NCBI GenBank assembly: GCA_031271975.1 | Contig: JAISUR010000047.1 | Span: 1,362 to 25,361, forward strand | Reading direction: 5' to 3' | Length of the DNA: 24,000 bases | Source of the DNA: Propionibacteriaceae bacterium | GTDB lineage: Bacteria > Actinomycetota > Actinomycetes > Propionibacteriales > Propionibacteriaceae | Shown here: piece after piece, positions 13,735 through 21,687 of the stretch | How the letters are laid out: each line of letters starts with the position of its first letter | Position numbering within the stretch: the first letter of the stretch is position 1 | The notes under the pieces: generated by a model | Seen by the model: only the letters and a program-made list of their open reading frames with translations | What the model was told of the DNA's origin: nothing | Database searches by the model: none | Made by a program: the position numbers and the translations under genes

Positions 13735-16090
13735 GCTGCGTGGTGCGCCCGATGATCTCGTCCTGCACGTCTTTGCCCAATTCGGTGAAATACGCGGTGT
13801 AGCCGGCCACGCGGATCAGCAGGCCCTTGTACAGTTCTGGGCGCCGCTGCGCGTCCAGGAGCGTGTCGCGGTCGATCACGTTGAACTGCACATGGAACAC
13901 GCCCAGGGTGCACATCGATTTCAGCAGCGCCATCATTTCGGCGATCCCGGACTCGGTGGCCAGGAATTCCGGCTCCACCTTCATGTTCAACAGCGTGCCC
14001 TGCACGAAGCGGTCGTGCGGGATGCGGGAGACGGACTTGAGCACCGCGGACGGACCCTCGCGATCCGTGCCGCCGCTGGGTGAGACGCCGTCAGCCAGCG
14101 GTTTCCAGGCATTGCGCCCCGACGGCAGGGCGCCCACTTCCAATCCGAACGGCGTGTTGCCGGAAACCGGCAGGATGCCCGGCGTCATGGTGCCGAACTT
14201 GGAGCGGTAGCTCTCAATCTCGTCGGCGATAAAGGTGTAAATCTCTCCGGCGATGTCGTCGACCCAACCCGCGTCGTTGCCGTACTTGGGGGCGGCGAGC
14301 AACTGGCCCTGAATGTCTTCGGCCCCGGCGAAATCGTCCGCCAACGCCCGCAGCAACTCCGCCATGGAAACCGCGCCTTGCTCGAATACGACCTGTTTGA
14401 CAGCCGCGAGCGAATTCACCAAGTCGGCGATCCCGATCAGGATCACGCCGTTTCCGGTGTTGTATTTCGCCCCGCCGCGCGAATAGTCCAGGGCCCGCTC
14501 GACGCATTCCGCGAACGACAGCGACAACGCCGGCACTGGCCTGTCCATGCAGACCTCGTCGATGACGTGGCTGCCCTTGACCACCGCGCGCACCGCATAG
14601 CGCAGTTGTTCTTTGACCGCGGCCAGGAAGTCGTCGTACGTGGCGAATTCCGCCGGGTCGCCCGTCTCGGCGGCGATGCGGCGGCCCGACTTGCGGTTGA
14701 CGCCGTTGGTCAGCGCCAATTCCACGATCCCGCCCAGGTTGATGTCGGCCAACGCCGTATAGTGCCGCAGCCGTCCTTCGAGGTTGGTCTCCACGCAGCC
14801 GCACGGGTTCCAGTCGTAGGCTTCGCGCAGCGGGATGCCCTTGTTCATCAGCATCCGGATGCCCGTCTCGTCGTTGTGGAACGCCGGGAAGCCAGTGCCC
14901 AGCCGGATCAACTCGACCACCTTGCGCAGGAACGCCGTCGGGTTCTTTGCCATGTTGTAGCGCACCGACAGCGACGGCTGGTAGAGCTGCACGTCCATCG
15001 TGGCTTGCAGGATCAGGTATGACAGCTCGTTGACCGCGTCGCGCCCAGCCAGGTCTACGCCGCCCACGCAGACATTCTGGAACATCGGATACCCCGCGGC
15101 GAACTCCGCGGTCACGGCGTCCTGGAACAGGCAGGTTTCGGAGAACTTGATCCACAGGCAGTCCAGCAACTCCTGCGCGCCTTCCGGCGTCAACCGCCCG
15201 GCGGCGAGGTCTGCCGCGTAGAACGGATAGAGGTATTGGTCCATGCGGCCCGGGTTGTAGCTGGCCGCGTTCTGCTCCATGATGATCGCGCATTGGTACA
15301 GGTACAGCGCCTGCAGCGCCTCGTGGAAGGTGCGCGCGGGGTGTTCGGGTGCCCAACGGCAGTTCGCGGCGATGGTGCGCAATTCCGCCGCGCGCGCCGG
15401 ATCGGGCGTCGCGGCTGCCTGGCGTTCGGCTTCTTCGGCGTAACGGTGTGCCAGCGTGCGGATGCCGTCGGCGGCGATCAATATCGACTGGAGGTAGTAA
15501 TCCTTCTCATAGTCGCCAGGCCGCGTCAGGTCCAATTCGGCGCGCCGGGCGCGCGCTTTCGCGCAGATTCCCTCCAGGCCTTCGGTGAGGATGCGGCGGT
15601 AGCCGGCGGTGGTTTCGCCCCAGCCGCGCACGGCCTTGCGGTTGATATAGACCATGCCCGTGTCGCGCAGCGCCCGGGTGTCGTCCGGAATCTGCGCCAG
15701 CCACGCTTCATAGGTGGACTTGCCCTTCCAATAGGGGCGGATCACGTCGCAAAAGGCCCGCTTGTCTTCCGGGCGCAAGCTGAACGGGTCGTAGCGCCGC
15801 TCGCCGATGGTGTCCAACTCCGCGTCGAGCACTGACCAGCAGGTGTCGGCGCACAGGATGCCGCCGCGCGTCTTGGAACCGGGGGAGCCGACGATCAGCT
15901 CGTCGGGGTAAATCGTGACGTCTTTGCGCTCGCATTGCAGTCGGAAGCCCTTGGCTTTGCGCAGCGCCAGCGGCTCGCCTTCGGTGGATTGGAAGCTCTC
16001 GGTGAGCAGCAGGGCGTTTTCCAGGTCCATCTCCGGCCGGGTGCCGATCACGCGGTCCTTCAGGCGGTTGATCCGCTGGAGGTAGTCCAT
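13715..16090 (-). CDS. glycyl radical enzyme, PFL2 / dehydratase-lyase class (PflD/YbiW/HypD-like), substrate not assignable from sequence alone
   Basis: 791 aa. The C-terminal glycyl radical motif is LLIRVAGYTAYF (Gly763). The thiyl-loop is NPCGCVETN (Cys432 followed by Glu434, the GCVE signature of GRE eliminases, not the Cys-Cys pair of pyruvate formate-lyase). The N-terminus RINRLKDRV...TEGEPLALRKAKG closely parallels E. coli PflD as I recall it. A strong SD GGGAGGTG lies 4 nt upstream of ATG 16090. Confidence 0.92.
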   Translation of the reverse strand: MDYLQRINRLKDRVIGTRPEMDLENALLLTESFQSTEGEPLALRKAKGFRLQCERKDVTIYPDELIVGSPGSKTRGGILCADTCWSVLDAELDTIGERRYDPFSLRPEDKRAFCDVIRPYWKGKSTYEAWLAQIPDDTRALRDTGMVYINRKAVRGWGETTAGYRRILTEGLEGICAKARARRAELDLTRPGDYEKDYYLQSILIAADGIRTLAHRYAEEAERQAAATPDPARAAELRTIAANCRWAPEHPARTFHEALQALYLYQCAIIMEQNAASYNPGRMDQYLYPFYAADLAAGRLTPEGAQELLDCLWIKFSETCLFQDAVTAEFAAGYPMFQNVCVGGVDLAGRDAVNELSYLILQATMDVQLYQPSLSVRYNMAKNPTAFLRKVVELIRLGTGFPAFHNDETGIRMLMNKGIPLREAYDWNPCGCVETNLEGRLRHYTALADINLGGIVELALTNGVNRKSGRRIAAETGDPAEFATYDDFLAAVKEQLRYAVRAVVKGSHVIDEVCMDRPVPALSLSFAECVERALDYSRGGAKYNTGNGVILIGIADLVNSLAAVKQVVFEQGAVSMAELLRALADDFAGAEDIQGQLLAAPKYGNDAGWVDDIAGEIYTFIADEIESYRSKFGTMTPGILPVSGNTPFGLEVGALPSGRNAWKPLADGVSPSGGTDREGPSAVLKSVSRIPHDRFVQGTLLNMKVEPEFLATESGIAEMMALLKSMCTLGVFHVQFNVIDRDTLLDAQRRPELYKGLLIRVAGYTAYFTELGKDVQDEIIGRTTQRGISVG

Positions 16091-16124
16091 TCTTCACCTC
16101 CCATGACAGGGTTTCCTAATCATA
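16091..16124 (-). promoter_or_regulatory. GRE operon 5' leader: Shine-Dalgarno GGGAGGTG (16102-16095) and a candidate -10 TATGAT (16124-16119)
   Basis: Both elements were read directly on the minus strand in the 112-nt divergent intergenic region. I found no convincing -35 element, so the promoter call is weak while the SD call is strong. Confidence 0.4.
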
Positions 16125-16202
16125 TTGCCTTACCTGGCCCGCAAATTCCTAGGCGGCGAGTCCGAACCGCTAGACTGCTGGGCGGAATGCGGCGTTGAGG
16201 AA

Positions 16203-17735
16203 ATGGATCACCCGTTGAAGAAGAACAGAATAGCAAGCCTCGCCACTGTTGCCCTCTGCTTGGCGTTGGCCGCCTGTCAACCCACCCCAACCGAGTCCGG
16301 AATCGCGGACAGCCCGAGTGCGCCCGAAAAGGCGGTGCTCACAGTGGGGGCCACGCTGGAACCTGCCAGCATGGATCCGTTCCACAACACGGCCGCATCC
16401 ATCCCACAAGTGCTGCTTTACAACGTTTACGAGACGCTGGTGAAGGTCGATTCCACCGGCGAGATCCGGCCGTTGCTGGCGCAGAACTGGGAAGTGTCGG
16501 CGGACCGCACGCAATACACCTTCTTCCTCAATCCGGCTGCGAAGTTCGCCAGCGGGGAGCCGGTCGACGCGGCTGCCGTGGTTGCGAACATCGAGCGCTT
16601 GCAGGCCGACGTGGAGCTCACCGGCACGCTCAAATTCCAACTCGAAGTCATCGAGTCCGCCGCGGCGATCGACTCGCAACAGGTCGTCATCAAGTTGAAG
16701 CGGCCCTCGTTGATGTGGCTCTACGACATGAGTTCCACGCTGGGCATGATCGTCGACCCAGCCGCGGGCGACATCTCCAACGAGTCTGCGGGCTCTGGCC
16801 CGTACGCCGTCGCGGGGCACGCCATCGGGCAATCCGTGACGCTCGCCAAGAACGAGTCGTACTGGGGCACGCCGGGGCGGTTCGACGAGGTTGTCTTCCG
16901 CTACTTCGGCGACCCGAACGCTATGAACGCGTCCCTGCTGGGCGGCGAGTTGGACATCATCTCGAACTTGCAAGCTCCCGACGCGCTGCCGCAGTTCTCC
17001 GACACGTCGCGTTTCACCGTCACCCGGGGCACCACGAACGGCGAGGTCGTACTCGGCCTCAACCACCAAACCGAGGCGCTGGCCAATGCCGACGTGCGCA
17101 AGGCCCTCACCATGGCGATCGACCGGAAGCTGCTGCTGTCGACCGTCTGGAACAACGAGGGCACGCTGATCGGCTCCATGGCCGTGCCAACCGATCCGTG
17201 GTACGAGGATCTGTCGGACACCGTGCCGTACGATCCTGAGGCCGCCAAAGCGCTGCTGAAAGAGGCCGGCTACGAAAAGGGCCTCAAGCTTCGGCTGCGG
17301 GTGCCAGTCGTGCCGTACGCCACCAAGGCGGCGCAGGTCGTCTACTCGCAGTTGCGCGACGTAGGCGTGGAAGCCACCATCGAGGAGTTGGACTTCGACC
17401 GCTGGGTCAGCGAGGTGTTGGGCGAGGGCGCCTATGACCTCACCATCGTCGCCCACGTCGAGGCACGCGATCTGGGCAAGTTCGCCGACCCGACGTACTA
17501 CTTGCACAACGACGACCCGACTTTCGCCCAGCTCTATGCCGCCGCCGACGCCGCGGACACCGAGCAGGAAGCCATATCGCTGATGAAACAGGCCTGCCGC
17601 AGGCTCGCGGATGAGGCTGCTGCGATCTGGCTGTGGTCGATGCCGAACCTCGTGATCACCAAGGCGGGTGTGACGGGAGTCGAGGAGAACGCGACGACCC
17701 TGAGCTTCGACCTGTCCAACATCGCTGTCGGGTGA
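16203..17735 (+). CDS. ABC transporter substrate-binding lipoprotein, family 5 (peptide/opine/nickel type)
   Basis: ATG 16203 gives MDHPLKKNRIASLATVALCLALAACQP (signal peptide plus lipobox LAAC). The body carries the SBP_bac_5 pattern (VLLYNVYETLVKVDSTGEIRPLLAQNWEVS...YTFFLNPAAKFASGEPVDA). The upstream 26 codons in the ORF track were dropped. Confidence 0.88.
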   Translation: MDHPLKKNRIASLATVALCLALAACQPTPTESGIADSPSAPEKAVLTVGATLEPASMDPFHNTAASIPQVLLYNVYETLVKVDSTGEIRPLLAQNWEVSADRTQYTFFLNPAAKFASGEPVDAAAVVANIERLQADVELTGTLKFQLEVIESAAAIDSQQVVIKLKRPSLMWLYDMSSTLGMIVDPAAGDISNESAGSGPYAVAGHAIGQSVTLAKNESYWGTPGRFDEVVFRYFGDPNAMNASLLGGELDIISNLQAPDALPQFSDTSRFTVTRGTTNGEVVLGLNHQTEALANADVRKALTMAIDRKLLLSTVWNNEGTLIGSMAVPTDPWYEDLSDTVPYDPEAAKALLKEAGYEKGLKLRLRVPVVPYATKAAQVVYSQLRDVGVEATIEELDFDRWVSEVLGEGAYDLTIVAHVEARDLGKFADPTYYLHNDDPTFAQLYAAADAADTEQEAISLMKQACRRLADEAAAIWLWSMPNLVITKAGVTGVEENATTLSFDLSNIAVG

Positions 17736-17736
17736 G

Positions 17737-18681
17737 ATGGCTGCCGCCGCGCGCAAACTGGGCGTCTTCGCGCTCAGCCTGCTGCTCGCCTCGGTATTGA
17801 TCTTCGCCGTATTGAACGCGCTGCCGGGCTCGGTCGCGCACACGATCCTCGGTGTGGACGCCACGCCGGAGGCCGTTGCGGCGTTGGAGGCGCGGCTCGG
17901 CCTCGACCGGCCCTGGCCGGTGCGCTACGTCGAATGGATGGCGGGAATGTTGACCGGCGATTTCGGTACCTCCCCGCTGAACGGGCATTCCGTCTTGGAG
18001 TTGATCGGCCCCGGCATCCCCGTCACTGCATGGTTGGTTGGGCTGGGCATCATCGGGTCCATCCTCATCGCTTTGCCGCTGGGCATGGTGGCAGCATTGC
18101 GGCGCCGCAGCTGGGAGGGCGTCGCCATTTCGGCAGCCGCGGAGTTGGGCATGGCCGTGCCCGTCTTTTGGGGCGGCATCATCTTGGCGCTGGTGTTCGC
18201 CATCGAGTTGCGCTGGCTGCCGCCCAACGGATACGTGCCGTTCACAACGGACGCGGGGGAGTGGCTGCGCCACATGGTCTTGCCCGTCGGCACGTTGGCC
18301 CTCGTCCAGGCGGCGGTGCTCACGCGCTATGTCCGCTCGGCGTTCATCGAGGTGCTGACGCAGGACTACTACCGGACAGCCCGCGCGTTGGGGTGGACGC
18401 CGTTGCGGGCGCTGTTTCGCCACGGGGTGCGCAACGCCGCCATGTCGCTGGTTACCGTAGTCGGGCTGCAACTGTCGGCATCCCTGGTGGGGGCAATCGT
18501 CGTGGAGCGGGTGTTCAACCTCCACGGCCTGGGTTCCATCCTGATCGACAACGTCTTCCAGCGCGACATCGCCGTGGTGCAAGCAACCGTGATGTTGCTG
18601 GTGTTGGCCGTGCTCGTCATCAACCTGGTGGTGGATCTGTCCTACGGGCTCATCGATCCGCGGCAGCGAGGCCGGCGATGA
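17737..18681 (+). CDS. ABC transporter permease (DppB/OppB-like)
   Basis: 314 aa, starting 1 nt after the SBP stop. The N-terminal TM and periplasmic loop (PGSVAHTILG...ALEARLGLDRPWPVRYVEWM) and the EAA-type loop region (YYRTARALGW) are typical of family-5 system permeases. Confidence 0.88.
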   Translation: MAAAARKLGVFALSLLLASVLIFAVLNALPGSVAHTILGVDATPEAVAALEARLGLDRPWPVRYVEWMAGMLTGDFGTSPLNGHSVLELIGPGIPVTAWLVGLGIIGSILIALPLGMVAALRRRSWEGVAISAAAELGMAVPVFWGGIILALVFAIELRWLPPNGYVPFTTDAGEWLRHMVLPVGTLALVQAAVLTRYVRSAFIEVLTQDYYRTARALGWTPLRALFRHGVRNAAMSLVTVVGLQLSASLVGAIVVERVFNLHGLGSILIDNVFQRDIAVVQATVMLLVLAVLVINLVVDLSYGLIDPRQRGRR

Positions 18682-19496
18682 GAAAGATACAGCTGTATAC
18701 AGGTCTGGCCCTGATCGCCTTGGTGATCGCCGCCGGCTTGGTTTCGCTGGTTTGGACGCCGTTCGACCCGATCCGGGTGACGGCCGACCGACTGCTCGAT
18801 CCGGGCTGGCCGCATTTGCTGGGCACTGACGCGATGGGCATCGATATTATTTCGCGGCTGCTCATCGGGGCCCGGTATTGCCTGATCGTCGGCATCATCT
18901 CAGTCTCGCTGGCGGCCATCGCCGGTGTGCCGATGGGCGTGCTCGCGGGTCTTTCGGGGGCGCGGAGCGGCTGGGTGGACGAGGTCGTCATGCGGGTCAA
19001 TGACGTGGTGTACGCCTTCCCGGCTTTGCTGTTGGCGATGCTGCTCGCCGCCGTGGCCGGGGCTTCCACGGTGACGGCGATGGTGGCGATCGGCGTTGCG
19101 ACAATTCCTGCCTTCGCGCGCGTCGCGCGAGCGGCCACGCTGGAGGTGGCGGCGAGCGATTTCGTGCTCGCGGCCCGGGCCGCCGGGACCACCAAGTGGT
19201 CGATAGCTGTGCGCCACGTATTCCCGAACATCGCCCCGGTGGTGGGTGTGCAGGCGTCCGTCGGCTTCGCCATGGCAATCCTGGCTGAGGCGGCGCTGAG
19301 CTACCTGGGTCTGGGTACCCCGCGCGGGACACCGACCTGGGGCGGGATGCTGCGCGACGCCCAAGATGTCTGGTACACCCAGCCGGTGCAGGCCTTGTGG
19401 CCCGGGCTGGCGATCGCCTTGGCCGTGCTCGGTTTCAACCTGCTGGGCGACGGCTTGCGCGATGTCCTCGACCCGCGTCTGCGGGAGGTGCGATGA
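18678..19496 (+). CDS. ABC transporter permease (DppC/OppC-like)
   Basis: ATG 18678 overlaps the upstream stop (ATGA). MRKIQLYTGLALIALVIAAGLVSLVWTPFDP, HLLGTDAMGIDIISRL and FVLAARAAGT (EAA loop) fit DppC-type permeases. The long upstream extension in ORF 17934..19496 is an out-of-frame overlap of the previous gene and was rejected. Confidence 0.88.
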   Translation: MRKIQLYTGLALIALVIAAGLVSLVWTPFDPIRVTADRLLDPGWPHLLGTDAMGIDIISRLLIGARYCLIVGIISVSLAAIAGVPMGVLAGLSGARSGWVDEVVMRVNDVVYAFPALLLAMLLAAVAGASTVTAMVAIGVATIPAFARVARAATLEVAASDFVLAARAAGTTKWSIAVRHVFPNIAPVVGVQASVGFAMAILAEAALSYLGLGTPRGTPTWGGMLRDAQDVWYTQPVQALWPGLAIALAVLGFNLLGDGLRDVLDPRLREVR

Positions 19497-20332
19497 GCCT
19501 GCTTGAAGTCTCTGGCCTGACGGTGCGTTTCGGCCGCCGCCAGGTGGTCGCCATCGACGACGTGTCGTTCACGCTCGGCGAGCAGGAACGCCTGGGTATC
19601 ATCGGCGAATCCGGCTCCGGCAAGACGGTCACGGCACTCGCCCTGATGGGCCTGTTGCCGGAGAACGCGGCCGTGACGGGCTCCGTGCGGGTGCGCGGGC
19701 AGGAGACCTTGGGCCTGGGCGAGGCCGAATATGCGAAACTGCGCGGCGACACGTTGTCCATGGTCTTCCAGGAGCCGATGACCGCGCTCGACCCGACGAT
19801 GCGGGTGGGCCGCCAGGTGGCGGAAGTCCTGCTGCTGCACGCCCGGAACACGTCCGGCAACTCCCGCCAACGCGTGATCGAGATGCTGCGCCGCGTGGGC
19901 CTCGCGGACGCGGAACGCATAGCCGACTCGTATCCGCACCAACTCTCCGGGGGTCAGCGACAGCGCGTTTGCGTGGCCATGGCTCTGATCAACTCGCCCG
20001 ACTTGGTCATCTGCGACGAGCCGACGACGGCGCTCGACGTGACTGTTCAGGCCCGCGTGCTCAAAGTCCTGGACGAGATGCTGGACGCCGAACACACCGC
20101 GTGCCTGTTCATCAGCCATGACCTTGCGGTCGTGTCGCAGGTGTGCTCCCATGTGCTCGTCATGCTGGACGGACGCATCGTGGAATCCGGCCCCATACAC
20201 CGCATTTTCGCGACGCCGTCTCATCCGTATACGAAGGGCTTGGTGGCCACCGCGCAACTGGACAAAGTGGCTCCCGGGTCGCCTCTTCCCACTGTCGCCG
20301 ATTTCTACACCCGGGCGGGGGCGACGAGATGA
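19493..20332 (+). CDS. ABC transporter ATP-binding protein (DppD/OppD-like)
   Basis: ATG 19493 overlaps the upstream stop (ATGA). Walker A GESGSGKT, signature LSGGQRQR, Walker B LVICDEPTTALD, H-loop ISHDL, and the C-terminal HPYTKGL motif of the oligopeptide-type ATPases. Confidence 0.9.
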   Translation: MSLLEVSGLTVRFGRRQVVAIDDVSFTLGEQERLGIIGESGSGKTVTALALMGLLPENAAVTGSVRVRGQETLGLGEAEYAKLRGDTLSMVFQEPMTALDPTMRVGRQVAEVLLLHARNTSGNSRQRVIEMLRRVGLADAERIADSYPHQLSGGQRQRVCVAMALINSPDLVICDEPTTALDVTVQARVLKVLDEMLDAEHTACLFISHDLAVVSQVCSHVLVMLDGRIVESGPIHRIFATPSHPYTKGLVATAQLDKVAPGSPLPTVADFYTRAGATR

Positions 20333-21096
20333 CTGCGATCCTGCGGGCGGCCGGGCTGAGCCGTGCTTTTGGCTCTTTCGAAGCCCTGCGCGGCATCGAT
20401 CTGGAGGTGTGCAAAGGCCAGCGGCTGGGCATCGTGGGCGAATCCGGCTCCGGGAAGACCACGCTGATCAAGCTGCTCGCCGCCTTGGACCAGCCCACCG
20501 CGGGCCAATTGTGGTTCGCCGGCCGGGAAATCACCGGCCTGCCGGAACGCGGCTTGGGTTTTCTGCGATCGTCGCTGCAGATCGTCTTCCAAGACCCCCG
20601 TTCGTCATTGAACCCCCGCATGAAAGTGGGGGATATCGTCACCGAGCCACTGCGTTCCAAACTGGTCCGCCGCGAGTTGCAGGGCGTCGACCGCAAAGAG
20701 CGCCTGCGGGAAGTGTTGGCGGCCGTGGATCTGCCCGCAGATTCCGGCGACCGCTATCCGCACGAGTTTTCGGGTGGCCAGCGGCAGCGCATCGCCATCG
20801 CGCGTGCTTTGGCACCCAAACCGGAGGTGTTGATCGCCGACGAGCCGGTCTCGGCACTGGACGTTTCCGTGCGTGCCCAGGTGATAAACCTGCTCGCAGA
20901 CTTGGTGGACAAGCAGGGCCTGACGCTGCTGTTCGTCAGCCACGACTTGATGGTCGTGCGCCACTTGTGCGACTCGGTAGTCGTGATGCAATCGGGCCAG
21001 ATTGTCGAGCGCGGCACGACCGCCGCGGTGTTTTCGGCTCCGCGGACCGACTACACGGCCTCGCTGTGGGCCGCCGTCCCGCGCATCAAAGTCTGA
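20329..21096 (+). CDS. ABC transporter ATP-binding protein (DppF/OppF-like)
   Basis: ATG 20329 overlaps the upstream stop (ATGA). Walker A GESGSGKT, signature FSGGQRQR, Walker B VLIADEPVSALD, H-loop VSHDL. The C-terminal motif is degenerate (TDYTASL). Confidence 0.9.
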   Translation: MTAILRAAGLSRAFGSFEALRGIDLEVCKGQRLGIVGESGSGKTTLIKLLAALDQPTAGQLWFAGREITGLPERGLGFLRSSLQIVFQDPRSSLNPRMKVGDIVTEPLRSKLVRRELQGVDRKERLREVLAAVDLPADSGDRYPHEFSGGQRQRIAIARALAPKPEVLIADEPVSALDVSVRAQVINLLADLVDKQGLTLLFVSHDLMVVRHLCDSVVVMQSGQIVERGTTAAVFSAPRTDYTASLWAAVPRIKV

Positions 21097-21099
21097 AGC

Positions 21100-21594
21100 T
21101 CACATCGCCGTGATGGTTCCGGCAGCCCGGTCCAGCTTGAACCCGATGGCTTCCGCGCGCGTGATCGCGACGTCTCGCACTTGCGGTGCTTCGCCCAGGA
21201 GCATGCGCGCCATTTTCGCGGTGTGGAAGGGCAACCGCGCGTTGACGCGGGCGATCTCGGCGGCGGTGGCCGGGCGGCGTTCGCCGAACTGGCCGTAGAG
21301 CTTGAGCCCGATGTGCCCGTGGCGGCGGAATGTCCGCAGCATGCCCCAAAGACTGGTGTTCTCGACGAGGATGCAGCAGTTCTTGTTCTGTTCGGCGTTG
21401 GCGCCCAGGCGGCGCGGGAAACGCTCCAGGAACAATCCGCTCGGATCGGAGTTGAGCACCAGCGAGCCGATGGGCGTGACGGTGGGCTCGCCATCGGGGG
21501 AGACCGTGCCCACCGCCACGTGCATGTTCGCTTTCATTGCGCGGTCTACGTAGTCCAGAATCTGCGGCCACTGGGCGGCTAGGTCGAGTTGCAT
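21100..21594 (-). CDS. pyridoxamine 5'-phosphate oxidase-like FMN-binding split-barrel family protein (function unknown)
   Basis: Pattern HVAVGTVSPDGEPTVTPIGSL...CCILVEN is reminiscent of PNPOx-like/general stress protein 26 type barrels. I prefer ATG 21594 (MQLDLAAQ...). The ORF track start at 21606 is a TTG. The family call is from pattern memory only. Confidence 0.5.
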   Translation of the reverse strand: MQLDLAAQWPQILDYVDRAMKANMHVAVGTVSPDGEPTVTPIGSLVLNSDPSGLFLERFPRRLGANAEQNKNCCILVENTSLWGMLRTFRRHGHIGLKLYGQFGERRPATAAEIARVNARLPFHTAKMARMLLGEAPQVRDVAITRAEAIGFKLDRAAGTITAM

Positions 21595-21687
21595 GGTCGA
21601 TTCCAATCAGGCGTGGCATGCGTTTCATGCAAATCATACCAGTGGGCGCGCACCCGCGCGTGCCTTTGCGGCAAGTGCGCACCTGGC

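Noticed and set aside
13715-16090. Calling the GRE a pyruvate formate-lyase (as generic annotation pipelines often do)
   Set aside because: It lacks the adjacent Cys-Cys pair of PflB and has instead the single Cys followed by Glu (GCVE) typical of GRE eliminases and dehydratases. No pta/ack or focA context is present. Internal ORFs 14214..15356 (-), 14378..15022 (+), 15236..15835 (+) and 13595..14083 (+) are shadow frames.
16170-17864. 564-aa minus-strand ORF antisense to the substrate-binding protein gene
   Set aside because: It is the longest shadow ORF in the window. It is R/G/V/D-rich with no domain, and is antisense to a gene with a lipoprotein signal peptide and the SBP_bac_5 pattern.
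17656-19496. ORF 17656..18582 (-, 308 aa), the 5' two-thirds of ORF 17934..19496 (+), and ORFs 18650..19273 (-) and 18900..19364 (-)
   Set aside because: They overlap the two permease genes, whose TM and EAA-loop patterns are clear. The DppC-like gene starts at ATG 18678, which overlaps the preceding stop.
19301-21113. ORF 19301..20257 (-, 318 aa), ORF 20118..21113 (+, 331 aa), and the upstream extensions of both ATPase ORFs (19397, 20143)
   Set aside because: Walker A/B and signature motifs define the true frames. The starts at 19493 and 20329 coincide with ATGA stop/start overlaps and with the normal distance to Walker A. The alternatives are R/A/G-rich.
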